From: Nitrososphaeraceae archaeon
GTDB taxonomy: Archaea; Thermoproteota; Nitrososphaeria; Nitrososphaerales; Nitrososphaeraceae
Reading direction: 5' to 3'
DNA: 32,000 nucleotides
Assembly (NCBI GenBank): GCA_023251115.1
Contig: JAHEZK010000011.1
Coordinates: forward strand, 1-32,000
Part shown: piece by piece, positions 1 through 8,619 of the stretch
Layout: every line of letters starts with the position of its first letter
Position numbering within the stretch: position 1 is the first letter of the stretch
Translations under genes and position numbers: made by a program
The notes under the pieces: model-generated
What the model saw: the letters and a program-made list of their open reading frames with translations, nothing else
Told to the model about the DNA's origin: nothing
Databases searched by the model: none

Positions 1-97
1 TTTTTATTTTTTGATACCAATTATGATAAGGAAAAAATGTAAAGGGCCTTAATGTTCGGCATGAGTCAAGGTCAGAGTTAATGGAGAGGAAAAAGTA

Positions 98-1048
98 TTA
101 CTCCATGGGGTTTTTGCTGACTATCTCATCTAAACAATTTATTATATCCTGCTTGGTAACTTCAATTGGGTTATTATCAAGATGACCCCTATCAGGCATT
201 ATTACATCTGCTGCTTCATCAAGGGATTGCTTCAGTGTTAGCTTTTCAAACTTTAGCTTTTGACATACCTTTTTGAATCTCTCGTAGTAAATTGACTTGT
301 TAAATTTGTGTGCCACTGTTGTACAAGAAGAAAGTGAATAACCATGAGGTACCCCCTCATTAGAAAATACATATGAAAGCGCATGTCCCAAAGTGGTTGA
401 AGAATTCCCAAATCCTATACCAGATAGCATTGCACCGTATGGTAATAGATCATGCTTTTCATTCATGATTGCATCTTCAAGTATATCGAAGGCTTCTTTG
501 CAAAATAACTTTGTGAGTGGATTTGCCAATCTGCTATCGTATCCCTCAGATGCTTGTGCTAATGCATCACATGCAGAATTTCTCATAATATTAAATGGGG
601 TTCCAGGCAGAAAATACGGATCCACTATTGCTGCATCTGCCAAAAAGGCTTCATCTTGTAGTAGTTTTTTCTTGTGCTCAAAACTAACTACGGCATAAGT
701 CGTCATTTCAGCACCTGTTCCGAAAGTAGTTGGAATCAAAATTTTTGGAATTCCTGTCAATTTTCCAAGGTATTTGCATACGTCCATTGAGCTTCCTCCA
801 CCAAGTCCGATATACGAAGAAATTTCTTTGCCTTCAAATCTTTTCTTAATTTCTTCAATTTTCTCTATTGCGGGATCTGGTGTTACCTTGTCATATATCT
901 CGTATTTCTTAATTCCCATATAGTTTAACCATTTTTCATAGATATCCGGAGTTGTCGTAGTTATTACCAGACTATTTTCTGGGTACTGAAACTCGCTTGC
1001 AGCATTAGCCCCGTACACTATCTTCCTTGGCATCATTACTTTCCACAT
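98..1048 (-). CDS. Iron-containing (group III) alcohol dehydrogenase family oxidoreductase, short form
   Basis: 316-aa ORF. GLGGGSSMDVCK glycine-rich motif, TTFGTGAEMT segment and C-terminal LGHALS...VPHG region are Fe-ADH fold signatures. The usual DAxxHAxE His reads DALAQASE. Substrate not assignable; true start may be the internal MMPRK Met. Confidence 0.7.
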   Translation of the reverse strand: MWKVMMPRKIVYGANAASEFQYPENSLVITTTTPDIYEKWLNYMGIKKYEIYDKVTPDPAIEKIEEIKKRFEGKEISSYIGLGGGSSMDVCKYLGKLTGIPKILIPTTFGTGAEMTTYAVVSFEHKKKLLQDEAFLADAAIVDPYFLPGTPFNIMRNSACDALAQASEGYDSRLANPLTKLFCKEAFDILEDAIMNEKHDLLPYGAMLSGIGFGNSSTTLGHALSYVFSNEGVPHGYSLSSCTTVAHKFNKSIYYERFKKVCQKLKFEKLTLKQSLDEAADVIMPDRGHLDNNPIEVTKQDIINCLDEIVSKNPME

Positions 1049-1400
1049 ACCACTTGTGCCATGTCAATTGGTATTATGTTTTACGCGAAGAACTTTTCGA
1101 TTAATTCATGCCGTGACTAATATTGATTTTCGGGGATATTTGTAACATTACTTGTTATTCACTAGATTAAATTTGGATTTACCTAATTTGGAGCTTAGTG
1201 TAGACTTCATAGGAAAGAATATTATTGATATTGAGTTCCAAAACAATCGCCTGAACTATTTTTGAGTGCGGGTACAGTAAAGAGTCGTCTCAGAAATCAT
1301 GTAAAAAATATAGGTCGATATTCGTAATTTCTATGGTTTTGTCCAAATGAAACGGCTTTTGGAGCTGAAACCATTTTTTTACATCAAAATATGACGGCTT

Positions 1401-1850
1401 TTATATTTGAACCGGCTTTTGGAGCCGGGTTTTTGAAATTTGATTTACGTCCAGCGTTACTGTAAGTATCATGAGAAATAGGATTAATCCCATTCCCAGG
1501 TGTACCGTCACAAGTACTGCGTGTAATTTTTCAACTATAACAAACGCCCCCAGAGTAATTTGGCCCACTACTAATGCCGCTGCAATCATTGATGCAATTT
1601 TTGTAGATCTTTTAGTTTCTTGTGATCTTAAAGTAAAAAACATGGTGACAAATACCATTATGCCGGTCGTAGCAGCAACAGTTCTATGAAAATATTCAAT
1701 AATAAATTCTCTCATTGGCACAAGACCTGCAGGACATAAAGGCCACTCAGGACAGCTCAATCCTACTCCCGACGAACTAACGTAACCTCCAATAAAGATT
1801 AGAGCAAATAATATGGATAGTGTAGAAAAGGAAAGTCTTGTTAGGAGCAT
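1401..1850 (-). CDS. ctaA: Compact four-helix heme A synthase (CtaA/COX15 family)
   Basis: 149 aa with four predicted TM helices. GGYVSSSGVGLSCPEWPLC matches the CtaA N-terminal cysteine-pair motif. His residues in YFHR and HAVLVTVH. Lies at the distal end of the oxidase cluster. Size matches the compact archaeal CtaA type known from Aeropyrum pernix. Confidence 0.75.
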   Translation of the reverse strand: MLLTRLSFSTLSILFALIFIGGYVSSSGVGLSCPEWPLCPAGLVPMREFIIEYFHRTVAATTGIMVFVTMFFTLRSQETKRSTKIASMIAAALVVGQITLGAFVIVEKLHAVLVTVHLGMGLILFLMILTVTLDVNQISKTRLQKPVQI

Positions 1851-1920
1851 TTCAGATAATACTATCGCTGCACTTTTATCATGGCGTTATATGGAATAAA
1901 TCCGACTTTCAATTTCATGA

Positions 1921-2228
1921 CTACTGCACTACAAGTTTTCCAGTCATGTATGGATGAACAGCACAGTAAAATGGATAGTCTCCGGGGGTAAGGTTGGTAG
2001 TCTCAATGTCTGCTGTTGCTGCAGGTTCTATAATGCTTGTATCAAATTGTTTTGCACTATTTGGATCAGTTGGTCCTGTTCCACTTGTAACGGTATGTGG
2101 TAAAGTATCTTTATTAGTTACTGTTATCTTGTCGCCTTTCTTTACTGTAAGTGTATCTGGATCAAAGTCTGGACTTCCTTGCACTGATGCTCCTTGTAGT
2201 ATTGTCAGTGGGGCTCCAGGTGGACCGG
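1921..2228. repeat. Plastocyanin-module duplication, copy A (pairs with 4153-4460)
   Basis: Manual alignment: 308 bp, no indels, about 46 mismatches (~85% nt identity). Encoded 101-aa domains differ at 11 positions (~89% aa identity). Confidence 0.9.
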
Positions 2229-2565
2229 TTGTAGCGTTAGTGGTACCAGCCGGAGGACTGGTAGTTGCAGGGCTACTTGGAGTAGGAGCGGTGCTTACAT
2301 TGGCACTGGTTTTTGGTTGCTGCTTCGTAACTCCATCAACTGTTCCGATACTAGTTTGAGTACCGGTCGCTATCTCTGGAGCTTCTTCGTGTTTAAGCGT
2401 TGATGCTGCTGGCGGATTATGAATCATTGTCTGCCAGAACGGTACTATGATAGCAGCGCCCACGGCAAGGGTAATTACTACTATGAGGATGCCTTTGGCC
2501 ATCCTCTTAGAACTAGTTCTAATGATGGGGCTCTCGTCGTGTGTAGTCATAATATTCTTCTCCAA
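1921..2565 (-). CDS. Membrane-anchored plastocyanin/amicyanin-like type-1 copper protein
   Basis: N-terminal TM helix (GILIVVITLAVGAAIIV), Pro/Thr/Ser-rich linker, C-terminal cupredoxin with T1Cu ligands H (LPHTVTSG) and C-x2-H-x2-M (FYCAVHPYM). The listed start overlaps ctaD by 47 bp; Met22 (start 2502) is an alternative. Confidence 0.85.
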   Translation of the reverse strand: MEKNIMTTHDESPIIRTSSKRMAKGILIVVITLAVGAAIIVPFWQTMIHNPPAASTLKHEEAPEIATGTQTSIGTVDGVTKQQPKTSANVSTAPTPSSPATTSPPAGTTNATTGPPGAPLTILQGASVQGSPDFDPDTLTVKKGDKITVTNKDTLPHTVTSGTGPTDPNSAKQFDTSIIEPAATADIETTNLTPGDYPFYCAVHPYMTGKLVVQ

Positions 2566-4045
2566 TTTGGAACGGATCTTTTACATCTGCTTCCTTGCCG
2601 CTTCCTGCAGATTTTATCAAGTTAACCAACATAATAACATAAGACAAGCCGGCCACCCATGCCCCTATCGTTGCAATCTGATTCATTATAAGCCATCCGG
2701 GTATGGTTCCATCATAGTCTGCTATTCTTCTAGGCATACCATGCAATCCTAGCAAATGTTGAGTCATAAAGACAAATATTACACCCACAAATGCCAACAC
2801 AAAGTGTACCTGTGCTGCCCTTTCATTATACATTCTGCCTGTAATCAATGGGAACAAATAGTAAATGAATCCGGTGAATGTGAGTGAGACGGTTCCCATT
2901 AGTATAAGGTGGAAGTGACCTACAACCCAGTAACTATCGTGAGTAATGAAATCTAGCGGTAGTGCTGTATTTACTACTCCACCAGCTCCTGAAGCAAAGA
3001 ACAACATGATTCCACCTACTCCAAATAACATTGGAGCTCCAAACTTTATCCTACCTCCCCACATTGTTGCAATCCAGTTAAACACATGCATCGATGAAGC
3101 CGGAACTGCAGCCAGAGTTCCAACCATAAATACTGTCTTTTCTGTGAAGCTCATGCCGGTTGCAAACATATGATGTGCCCATGATGCAAATCCTATTAAT
3201 GCAAGTAACACGAAAGCCGCGACCCCAGACTGATAGCTGAACAGCGGTTTTCTGGAGAACTTGGGTATTATTTCATATAGCATACCCACAGCTGGCAGCA
3301 AGAAAATGTATACCTCCGGATGGAATGTAAACCAGAAAAGATGCTGATAAGCAATTGGATCTCCACCCATGGCAGGATTAAAGAACCCTGAGATGCCTAG
3401 TCTATCAGTATAAAGCATAATTAAGGATGCTGCAAATGTTGGGACCGCAACTATTGTCATGAATGATATTGAAAGTATAGACCATGCGAAAAGAGACATC
3501 TTCATGATAGACAAGTCAGGATGTCTGCACTTTAGAATTGTCACAATAAAGTTTATCGAACCAAGTATCGATGATATTCCTAGTATCTTTAAACCAAAGA
3601 TCCACATTTCGGCGGCCGGACCAGGTGCCCTTATAATTGAGTAGGGTGGATAAGCTGTCCATCCAGTATCAGAGAATCCGAGCCATACAAGAGCCGCCCC
3701 TACAGGTATCATCCAAAAGGCAACAGCGTTTAGTTTGGGCCATGCCATGTCCTTGTACCTTACCATGAGTGGGATAAGGTAATTTCCTACACCAGCAGCA
3801 AATGGAATAGCCCATAAAAAGAGCATTGTGGTTCCGTGAACAGTAAAGAATCTGTTAAAAGATGTAGGATCCGGCATAATTTGTAAACCGGGAAGGAAAA
3901 GTTCTGCACGTAATGCAAGTGCAAGTGCCCCACCCATCATCAATGCTGTTATTGAGGTTATCATGTACAACAAGCCAATATCAGTATGATGTGTGGAAAA
4001 TAATATCTCCCACATAGGACGTGGTTGTTTAACTTCTAGAACCAA
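2519..4045 (-). CDS. ctaD: Heme-copper oxidase subunit I, A-type
   Basis: 508 aa, about 12 TM helices. HHTDIGLLYM N-terminal motif; FWFTFHPEVYIFLLP (CuB His, cross-link Tyr and the HPEVY Glu of A1-type oxidases); HHMF CuB histidine pair; VVGHFHLIL heme ligands. Listed start is TTG at 4045; ATG at 4015 is an alternative. Confidence 0.95.
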   Translation of the reverse strand: MVLEVKQPRPMWEILFSTHHTDIGLLYMITSITALMMGGALALALRAELFLPGLQIMPDPTSFNRFFTVHGTTMLFLWAIPFAAGVGNYLIPLMVRYKDMAWPKLNAVAFWMIPVGAALVWLGFSDTGWTAYPPYSIIRAPGPAAEMWIFGLKILGISSILGSINFIVTILKCRHPDLSIMKMSLFAWSILSISFMTIVAVPTFAASLIMLYTDRLGISGFFNPAMGGDPIAYQHLFWFTFHPEVYIFLLPAVGMLYEIIPKFSRKPLFSYQSGVAAFVLLALIGFASWAHHMFATGMSFTEKTVFMVGTLAAVPASSMHVFNWIATMWGGRIKFGAPMLFGVGGIMLFFASGAGGVVNTALPLDFITHDSYWVVGHFHLILMGTVSLTFTGFIYYLFPLITGRMYNERAAQVHFVLAFVGVIFVFMTQHLLGLHGMPRRIADYDGTIPGWLIMNQIATIGAWVAGLSYVIMLVNLIKSAGSGKEADVKDPFQIGEEYYDYTRREPHH

Positions 4046-4152
4046 TCTTTCTAACTACCTCTATTAGTTGAACTTACTTCAAACATTCTATCAATAAAAG
4101 CATTTTGGCCGTATTTATTAGAACCGGAAATAAAATTTGTCATGGCTGTAAA

Positions 4153-4460
4153 CTATTGTACTATTAGCTTCCCTGTCATGTATGGATGAACGGTGCAATA
4201 GAATGGATATTGCCCTGGATTAAGGTTGGTAGTCTGAATGTCTGCTGTTGCTCCAGCTTCTATGATGCTTGTATCGAATTGCTTTGCATTATTTGGATCT
4301 GTTGGTCCTGTTCCACTAGTAACTGTATGTGGTAAAGTGTCTTTGTTGGTTACTGTTATTTTGTCCCCTTTCTTTACAGTAATTGTGTCTGGATCAAAGT
4401 CTGGACTTCCCTGTACTGAAGCTCCTTCAAGTATTGTCAGCGGCATTCCAGGTGGACCGG
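4153..4460. repeat. Plastocyanin-module duplication, copy B (pairs with 1921-2228)
   Basis: See copy A. Same length and frame, ending at the conserved GPPG codons. Confidence 0.9.
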
Positions 4461-4947
4461 CTGATTGAACTGGGGCTTGTGCTGGGGCTTGTGCTGTTGC
4501 ATTTTGACCCTCAGCTGCTGCTTCGGCAGTCTGTGGTTCAACAAATAATTTTGCTTTCATAGTTGAATGTCCAAATCCACAATATTCTCTGCATTGGATT
4601 CGAAATTCACCTGGTTGGTCAAATAGATTCCAGACTACATTTACCCTTCCCGGTACTGCGTCCATCAATATCGTATAATCTGGCACATTAAAGTCATGAA
4701 TAACATCCTTTGAAACAAGTTCAAATTTGTATGGAACTCCTTGTTTTACATGAAGCTGGCCTGTCTCCTTTTTACCGTCCTCATGTTCAAAGGTCCAAAA
4801 CCATTGTTGACCTATTACCTTGATTGTTTCTGCTTCCGCTGGAACATGCTCAACTAACCTTTCAACATTCCAAGATTCGGCTCCCACCCACGTAAGCAAA
4901 GCTATAACAACACCAACGTAAACCCATTCGATTGTTGCATGTCCCAT
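4153..4947 (-). CDS. ctaC: Heme-copper oxidase subunit II (CuA cupredoxin) fused to a C-terminal plastocyanin-like domain
   Basis: One N-terminal TM helix. CuA ligands VIHDF ... CREYCGFGHSTM (H, C-x3-C-x3-H-x2-M). Ala/Gln/Pro linker, then a second cupredoxin with T1Cu ligands LPHTVTSG and FYCTVHPYM in the same ORF. Confidence 0.9.
   Translation of the reverse strand: MGHATIEWVYVGVVIALLTWVGAESWNVERLVEHVPAEAETIKVIGQQWFWTFEHEDGKKETGQLHVKQGVPYKFELVSKDVIHDFNVPDYTILMDAVPGRVNVVWNLFDQPGEFRIQCREYCGFGHSTMKAKLFVEPQTAEAAAEGQNATAQAPAQAPVQSAGPPGMPLTILEGASVQGSPDFDPDTITVKKGDKITVTNKDTLPHTVTSGTGPTDPNNAKQFDTSIIEAGATADIQTTNLNPGQYPFYCTVHPYMTGKLIVQ
4470..4493. repeat. 12-bp tandem duplication (ctggggcttgtg x2) in the subunit II linker
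   Basis: Read directly. Encodes AQAPAQAP on the minus strand, between the CuA and plastocyanin domains. Confidence 0.9.
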
Positions 4948-4948
4948 T

Positions 4949-5215
4949 TCATACGCCCTCTATTTCTCTTAACCTATTTTTCTTGTGTGATTCTCTAAAC
5001 CGCCAGCATACGTAGACTATGGCACCTTGAACAACAGCTCCAACGACAAAAGCTGCAACCATTAACCTATAAAATAAAGCCCAAATTTCCACTCTTCTGA
5101 TAACAAATTCTTCTGATTCTTGTGCAAAAACATTGTCAAATGATGAAAGAACTATAACAACGAGTGGTGAAAACAACAAAAGGATTAACCATATATTTGA
5201 TCTTGGTGACATCAA
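4949..5215 (-). CDS. Small membrane protein, first gene of the oxidase cluster (possible subunit II helix-1 / subunit IIa analogue)
   Basis: 88 aa with two hydrophobic segments (IWLILLLFSPLVVIVLSSF; ALFYRLMVAAFVVGAVVQGAIVYVCW followed by RFRESHKK). Its TGA stop is 1 nt from the ctaC ATG (gtaTGAaATGgga). No recognisable family motif. Confidence 0.5.
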   Translation of the reverse strand: MMSPRSNIWLILLLFSPLVVIVLSSFDNVFAQESEEFVIRRVEIWALFYRLMVAAFVVGAVVQGAIVYVCWRFRESHKKNRLREIEGV

Positions 5216-5278
5216 ATTTCCTTGTCGGAAATCATTACTCCATCTAATTTAAGGTTTTTGCAAGAATTCAAATCAAAT

Positions 5279-5902
5279 TCATTCCTCGATATATCTATGA
5301 AATCCCATTACATTAACCCCTGAAAGTGAAAGGGTATTATTTTCATGTTTTAGAACAGTCATTGATGCATTTCGGATGTGCCAACCATACAGGCTTTCTG
5401 GAGGAAGACCCAACATTATTGATATTGCTGCTTTGATTGGATCCAAGTGAGTTACAAATAGCAGATTTTTGTCCGGATAGTTTTTCATTGAATCATCTAG
5501 TAAACTCTTGATTCTTTTTTTGACCGCTGAAAAACTTTCTATACCATAACTGTCAAGAATTGGATCGTCGCCAGTATAGAATTTCAAAAATAGATTACCG
5601 TGCTTTTCTATAACGTCATCATAATTCATGCCAACTAAATCTCCTAATTCAATTTCGTATAACCTTTCGTCAGTTTCATATTCTAAATGGTTTATCTCAC
5701 AAATTATTTTTGCAGTTTCAACGGCTCTTGTTACCGGACTAACATATACTTTATCGATTTTCAATTTTTTCAAGTGTTGGCCAGTGTCTTTAACCTGTTG
5801 TATTCCACATTCTGTGAGATGGGATTCTATGTGTCTACCTACAAGTAGCCGTTTGACATTATTGTCTGCTTCTCCGTGACGTACAAAAACTATAAGTGGC
5901 AA
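5279..5902 (-). CDS. Histidine phosphatase superfamily protein (phosphoglycerate mutase-like)
   Basis: 207 aa. N-terminal VRHGEADNN (the RHG catalytic motif) and a later THLDPI His. TTG start required to retain the RHG motif. Confidence 0.8.
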   Translation of the reverse strand: MPLIVFVRHGEADNNVKRLLVGRHIESHLTECGIQQVKDTGQHLKKLKIDKVYVSPVTRAVETAKIICEINHLEYETDERLYEIELGDLVGMNYDDVIEKHGNLFLKFYTGDDPILDSYGIESFSAVKKRIKSLLDDSMKNYPDKNLLFVTHLDPIKAAISIMLGLPPESLYGWHIRNASMTVLKHENNTLSLSGVNVMGFHRYIEE

Positions 5903-6087
5903 AACAATTCAAATAAATATATAAAGTCTTAAATTTGTTTTTCCATTTTTTTGTTCTTTAATCTGTAATTTGTCTCTCATAGATCAATTCATTAATTTAT
6001 AGTACCTTGGAAAAATCAACGAATTTGTTCAATCAAGTATCAATTATAACCTTAATTAGGATGCTCCGACACTTTATGACAGATTAT

Positions 6088-6759
6088 ATGAAAATTTCAA
6101 TAATCGGTGGCACCGGTGGAATGGGAGAAGGTTTTGCTCTTCGATGGGTCGTAAATCACGATATTACTATTGGTTCCCGCGATGCCCAAAAAGCTGTCAA
6201 TTCAGCGGAACAGTACATGAATACAGCATTAGCGTCTTATGGAAATAGTATGAGAGGTACCATAAAAGGAGCTGACTACATTTCTTCGTCAAGAGATTCG
6301 GACATATTGATACTATCGATACCCTATGAATCGATAAAATTAACTTGTGATTCTATTTCTAACGAAATAAAGAGTGATTGTATAATAGTTTCCCCAATTG
6401 TTCCTATGGAAAGAAATGATTCCGGTTTTACATACATTCCATTCGAAAAAACTATGAAATCTGCAGCACATATTTTGGCGGAAAATCTTCCTGGCAAGAA
6501 AATAGTTTCTGCATTTCATACAATATCAGAAGTCAAGTTAAAAAATATCACAGAAAGTCTTGATTCGGATACATTTGTTTGTGGTGACGATCAGGAAGCC
6601 GTTGCAAAACTAAATCAGTTGATAGCGGAAATAAAAGGTCTAAGACCACTTTACCTTGGATCACTGTCCCTTAGTTATCAAGCAGAAGTTCTTACTCCAA
6701 TGTTATTAAATGCATCCAAAAAGAACAAGATCAAGCATCCTGGAATAAAGCTTACTTGA
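6088..6759 (+). CDS. npdG: NADPH-dependent F420 reductase-like oxidoreductase
   Basis: MKISIIGGTGGMGEGFALRW...ITIGSRDAQKA Rossmann N-terminus typical of the NpdG/F420-dependent NADP oxidoreductase family. The ORF track starts at TTG 6007, but ATG 6088 sits directly before the GxGxxG motif. Confidence 0.7.
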   Translation: MKISIIGGTGGMGEGFALRWVVNHDITIGSRDAQKAVNSAEQYMNTALASYGNSMRGTIKGADYISSSRDSDILILSIPYESIKLTCDSISNEIKSDCIIVSPIVPMERNDSGFTYIPFEKTMKSAAHILAENLPGKKIVSAFHTISEVKLKNITESLDSDTFVCGDDQEAVAKLNQLIAEIKGLRPLYLGSLSLSYQAEVLTPMLLNASKKNKIKHPGIKLT

Positions 6760-7043
6760 ATCCGTTCCAAATTAGAAATGCAGATGATAAGCACGACAAG
6801 AATTGGATGTACGGAATGGGAATATTATTTATAGTGATGGCTACAGTTATTGCATTAAGGAACTTCTATCTTTATTCAACAGAATTGTCAGTTGGTTTCT
6901 ATCTTGATAACTACACAAATAATTCGGTGACAAACGAAAAATTTGTAGTAGCAATGTTGATTGGTGGGGGAGTATTACTATATTGGAGTAAATTTAGAAG
7001 TAGGATGGATGCCAATTATGATGATGTAAGGATGTCAGGATGA
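6756..7043 (+). CDS. Hypothetical small membrane protein
   Basis: 95-aa ORF with two hydrophobic segments. TTG start overlaps the npdG stop (cTTGA). No family motif; coding status uncertain. Confidence 0.35.
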   Translation: MNPFQIRNADDKHDKNWMYGMGILFIVMATVIALRNFYLYSTELSVGFYLDNYTNNSVTNEKFVVAMLIGGGVLLYWSKFRSRMDANYDDVRMSG

Positions 7044-7101
7044 TCTAAGAATGATGAAAGTAAGGAATGGTTAATTTGATATAATAACAATTAAGATTTA
7101 A

Positions 7102-8286
7102 TTAATTTCTGTTGCGAGTGTTAACAAAACCAGCAAGCTTGTCCATTGCTTGTTCAAGTACTTGTTCATTTGGAAGATAAACTATCCTAAAATGACCTTT
7201 ACCCAATTCCCCGAAACCAGAACCATGCACAGTGAGAATACCAGTTTTGTCTAATAAATCGAGAACAAAATCTTTGTCATCCTTCCAGCCATTATGAAGT
7301 ATTTTCGGAAAAGTGTAGAATGCACCGTTTGGTAATTTACAGGAAATTCCATCTATCTCATTTAGTCTTTTGACTACCAAATCCCTTCTTTTCTTTAATT
7401 TAGTTACAGTTTGGGCAATGTATCCTTGGGGACCTTCCAGAGCAGCAACTGCAGCTTTTTGTACTGGTAGATTAGTAGCAATTCGAACCCTAGCAAGTTT
7501 AGGAATATTGTTCCTGATATTCTCTAATTTCTGACAATCACTATTCATACATATGTATCCGCAACGCCATCCTGTCATAAGATAAACTTTTGAAAATCCA
7601 TTTAGTAGTATCACCGGTGCGTCTTTTGCAACTTTACCAATCCCGGTAAATTCCTTATCAAATACCAATCGATCGTAAATTTCATCACATATTATGTAGA
7701 GATCATGTTCGCTAGCCACGTCAATTAGCTGTTTAAGGCTCTTGCTGTCAAACACCTCGCCAGTAGGATTATTAGGATTAATAACACATAATGCTCTTGT
7801 CTTTGGTGTAATCTTTGATTTAATATCGTCAAGATCGGGTGTTCCATCTTCTGTAATTTTAAATTCAATAGGCTTACCCCCGTAAAATCTTACATATGAG
7901 GCGTAGGGTGGATAGTAGGGCCCTGGCATCAAAATCTCTGAATTTGGTTCCACTATAGATGCGGTTACCATGTCGAGTCCTTCAGAAATACCATTGGTCA
8001 CAAGAACATCTTCAACAGTGATGGATAATCCTTTTTGCGATTCTTTCTTTACTATGGCCTGTCTTAATTCCAAAATGCCTTCAGAATCCGCATAATAATT
8101 AAAATTGCTAGCGACTGCATCAATCAATGCCTTTTTTATATGGTTTGGAGTGGGAAAATCGTATTTTACTGGATCTCCAATGTTTAGGTAAATTATTTTT
8201 TTTCCAGCTTTTTCATATTGTCTTGCATGTAGTGTTATGTCCCTGATAGCATATTCTACATTGGATATTCTGTTGGATACCTTCAA
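7102..8286 (-). CDS. Class I/II pyridoxal-phosphate-dependent aminotransferase (aspartate/alanine aminotransferase-like)
   Basis: 394 aa. NPNNPTG, DEIY and the PLP-lysine context FSKVYLMTGWRCGY are canonical fold-type I aminotransferase motifs. Confidence 0.9.
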   Translation of the reverse strand: MKVSNRISNVEYAIRDITLHARQYEKAGKKIIYLNIGDPVKYDFPTPNHIKKALIDAVASNFNYYADSEGILELRQAIVKKESQKGLSITVEDVLVTNGISEGLDMVTASIVEPNSEILMPGPYYPPYASYVRFYGGKPIEFKITEDGTPDLDDIKSKITPKTRALCVINPNNPTGEVFDSKSLKQLIDVASEHDLYIICDEIYDRLVFDKEFTGIGKVAKDAPVILLNGFSKVYLMTGWRCGYICMNSDCQKLENIRNNIPKLARVRIATNLPVQKAAVAALEGPQGYIAQTVTKLKKRRDLVVKRLNEIDGISCKLPNGAFYTFPKILHNGWKDDKDFVLDLLDKTGILTVHGSGFGELGKGHFRIVYLPNEQVLEQAMDKLAGFVNTRNRN

Positions 8287-8426
8287 CTAATTACAATTAC
8301 TCAGAAATATTTGAGATAATAAATTGATTGTTATTCAGTGATTTTATGTATTATTCGAAATATTGAATATTAATTAGCTCAATTGATATAGAAGCTTGAA
8401 TCTAATTTTAAAAGTTACAAACAAAA

Positions 8427-8501
8427 GGGTCCGTAGCGTAGCCAGGATATCGCGGTGGTCTTCGGAACCACAGATCGAGGGATCGAAGCCCTCCGGGCCC
8501 G
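8427..8501 (+). tRNA. tRNA-Arg (anticodon TCG)
   Basis: Manual cloverleaf. Acceptor GGGUCCG/CGGGCCC (one G-U pair). Anticodon stem GUGGU/ACCAC with loop CU-UCG-GA. T arm GAGGG-AUCGAAG-CCCUC. Discriminator G. 75 nt, no encoded CCA. Confidence 0.9.
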
Positions 8502-8619
8502 TTAATCCATATGTAGATTTTATTAATTTGCTTTGGATATATTGAAACTTTATCGAAAAAGAAATTTCAAGTCAAGACTTGATCCCGTTGGCACTAACAT
8601 TCAAAAGCTATAGTAAAAT

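Noticed and set aside
1994-2359. 121-aa plus-strand ORF (and its twin at 4238-4468) running antisense through both plastocyanin modules
   Set aside because: Both are shadows of the minus-strand cupredoxin genes. They recur only because the underlying DNA is duplicated. The sequences are low-complexity Val/Gly/Ser with no motif.
393-5879. Assorted antisense ORFs inside Fe-ADH, ctaA, ctaD and the phosphatase gene (393-698, 1471-1689, 2419-2752, 2946-3173, 3459-3644, 5628-5879)
   Set aside because: Each lies fully within a strongly supported gene on the opposite strand and lacks any recognisable motif.
7051-7100. Possible C/D-box sRNA: AUGAUGA C-box-like heptamer at 7051-7057 between two genes
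   Set aside because: No CUGA D box or internal D'/C' boxes at the required spacing downstream.
8567-8582. Hairpin tcaagt-caag-acttga between tRNA-Arg and the 232-aa gene as a terminator
   Set aside because: A short 6-bp stem in AT-rich DNA with no adjacent T-run, which is insufficient evidence for an archaeal terminator.
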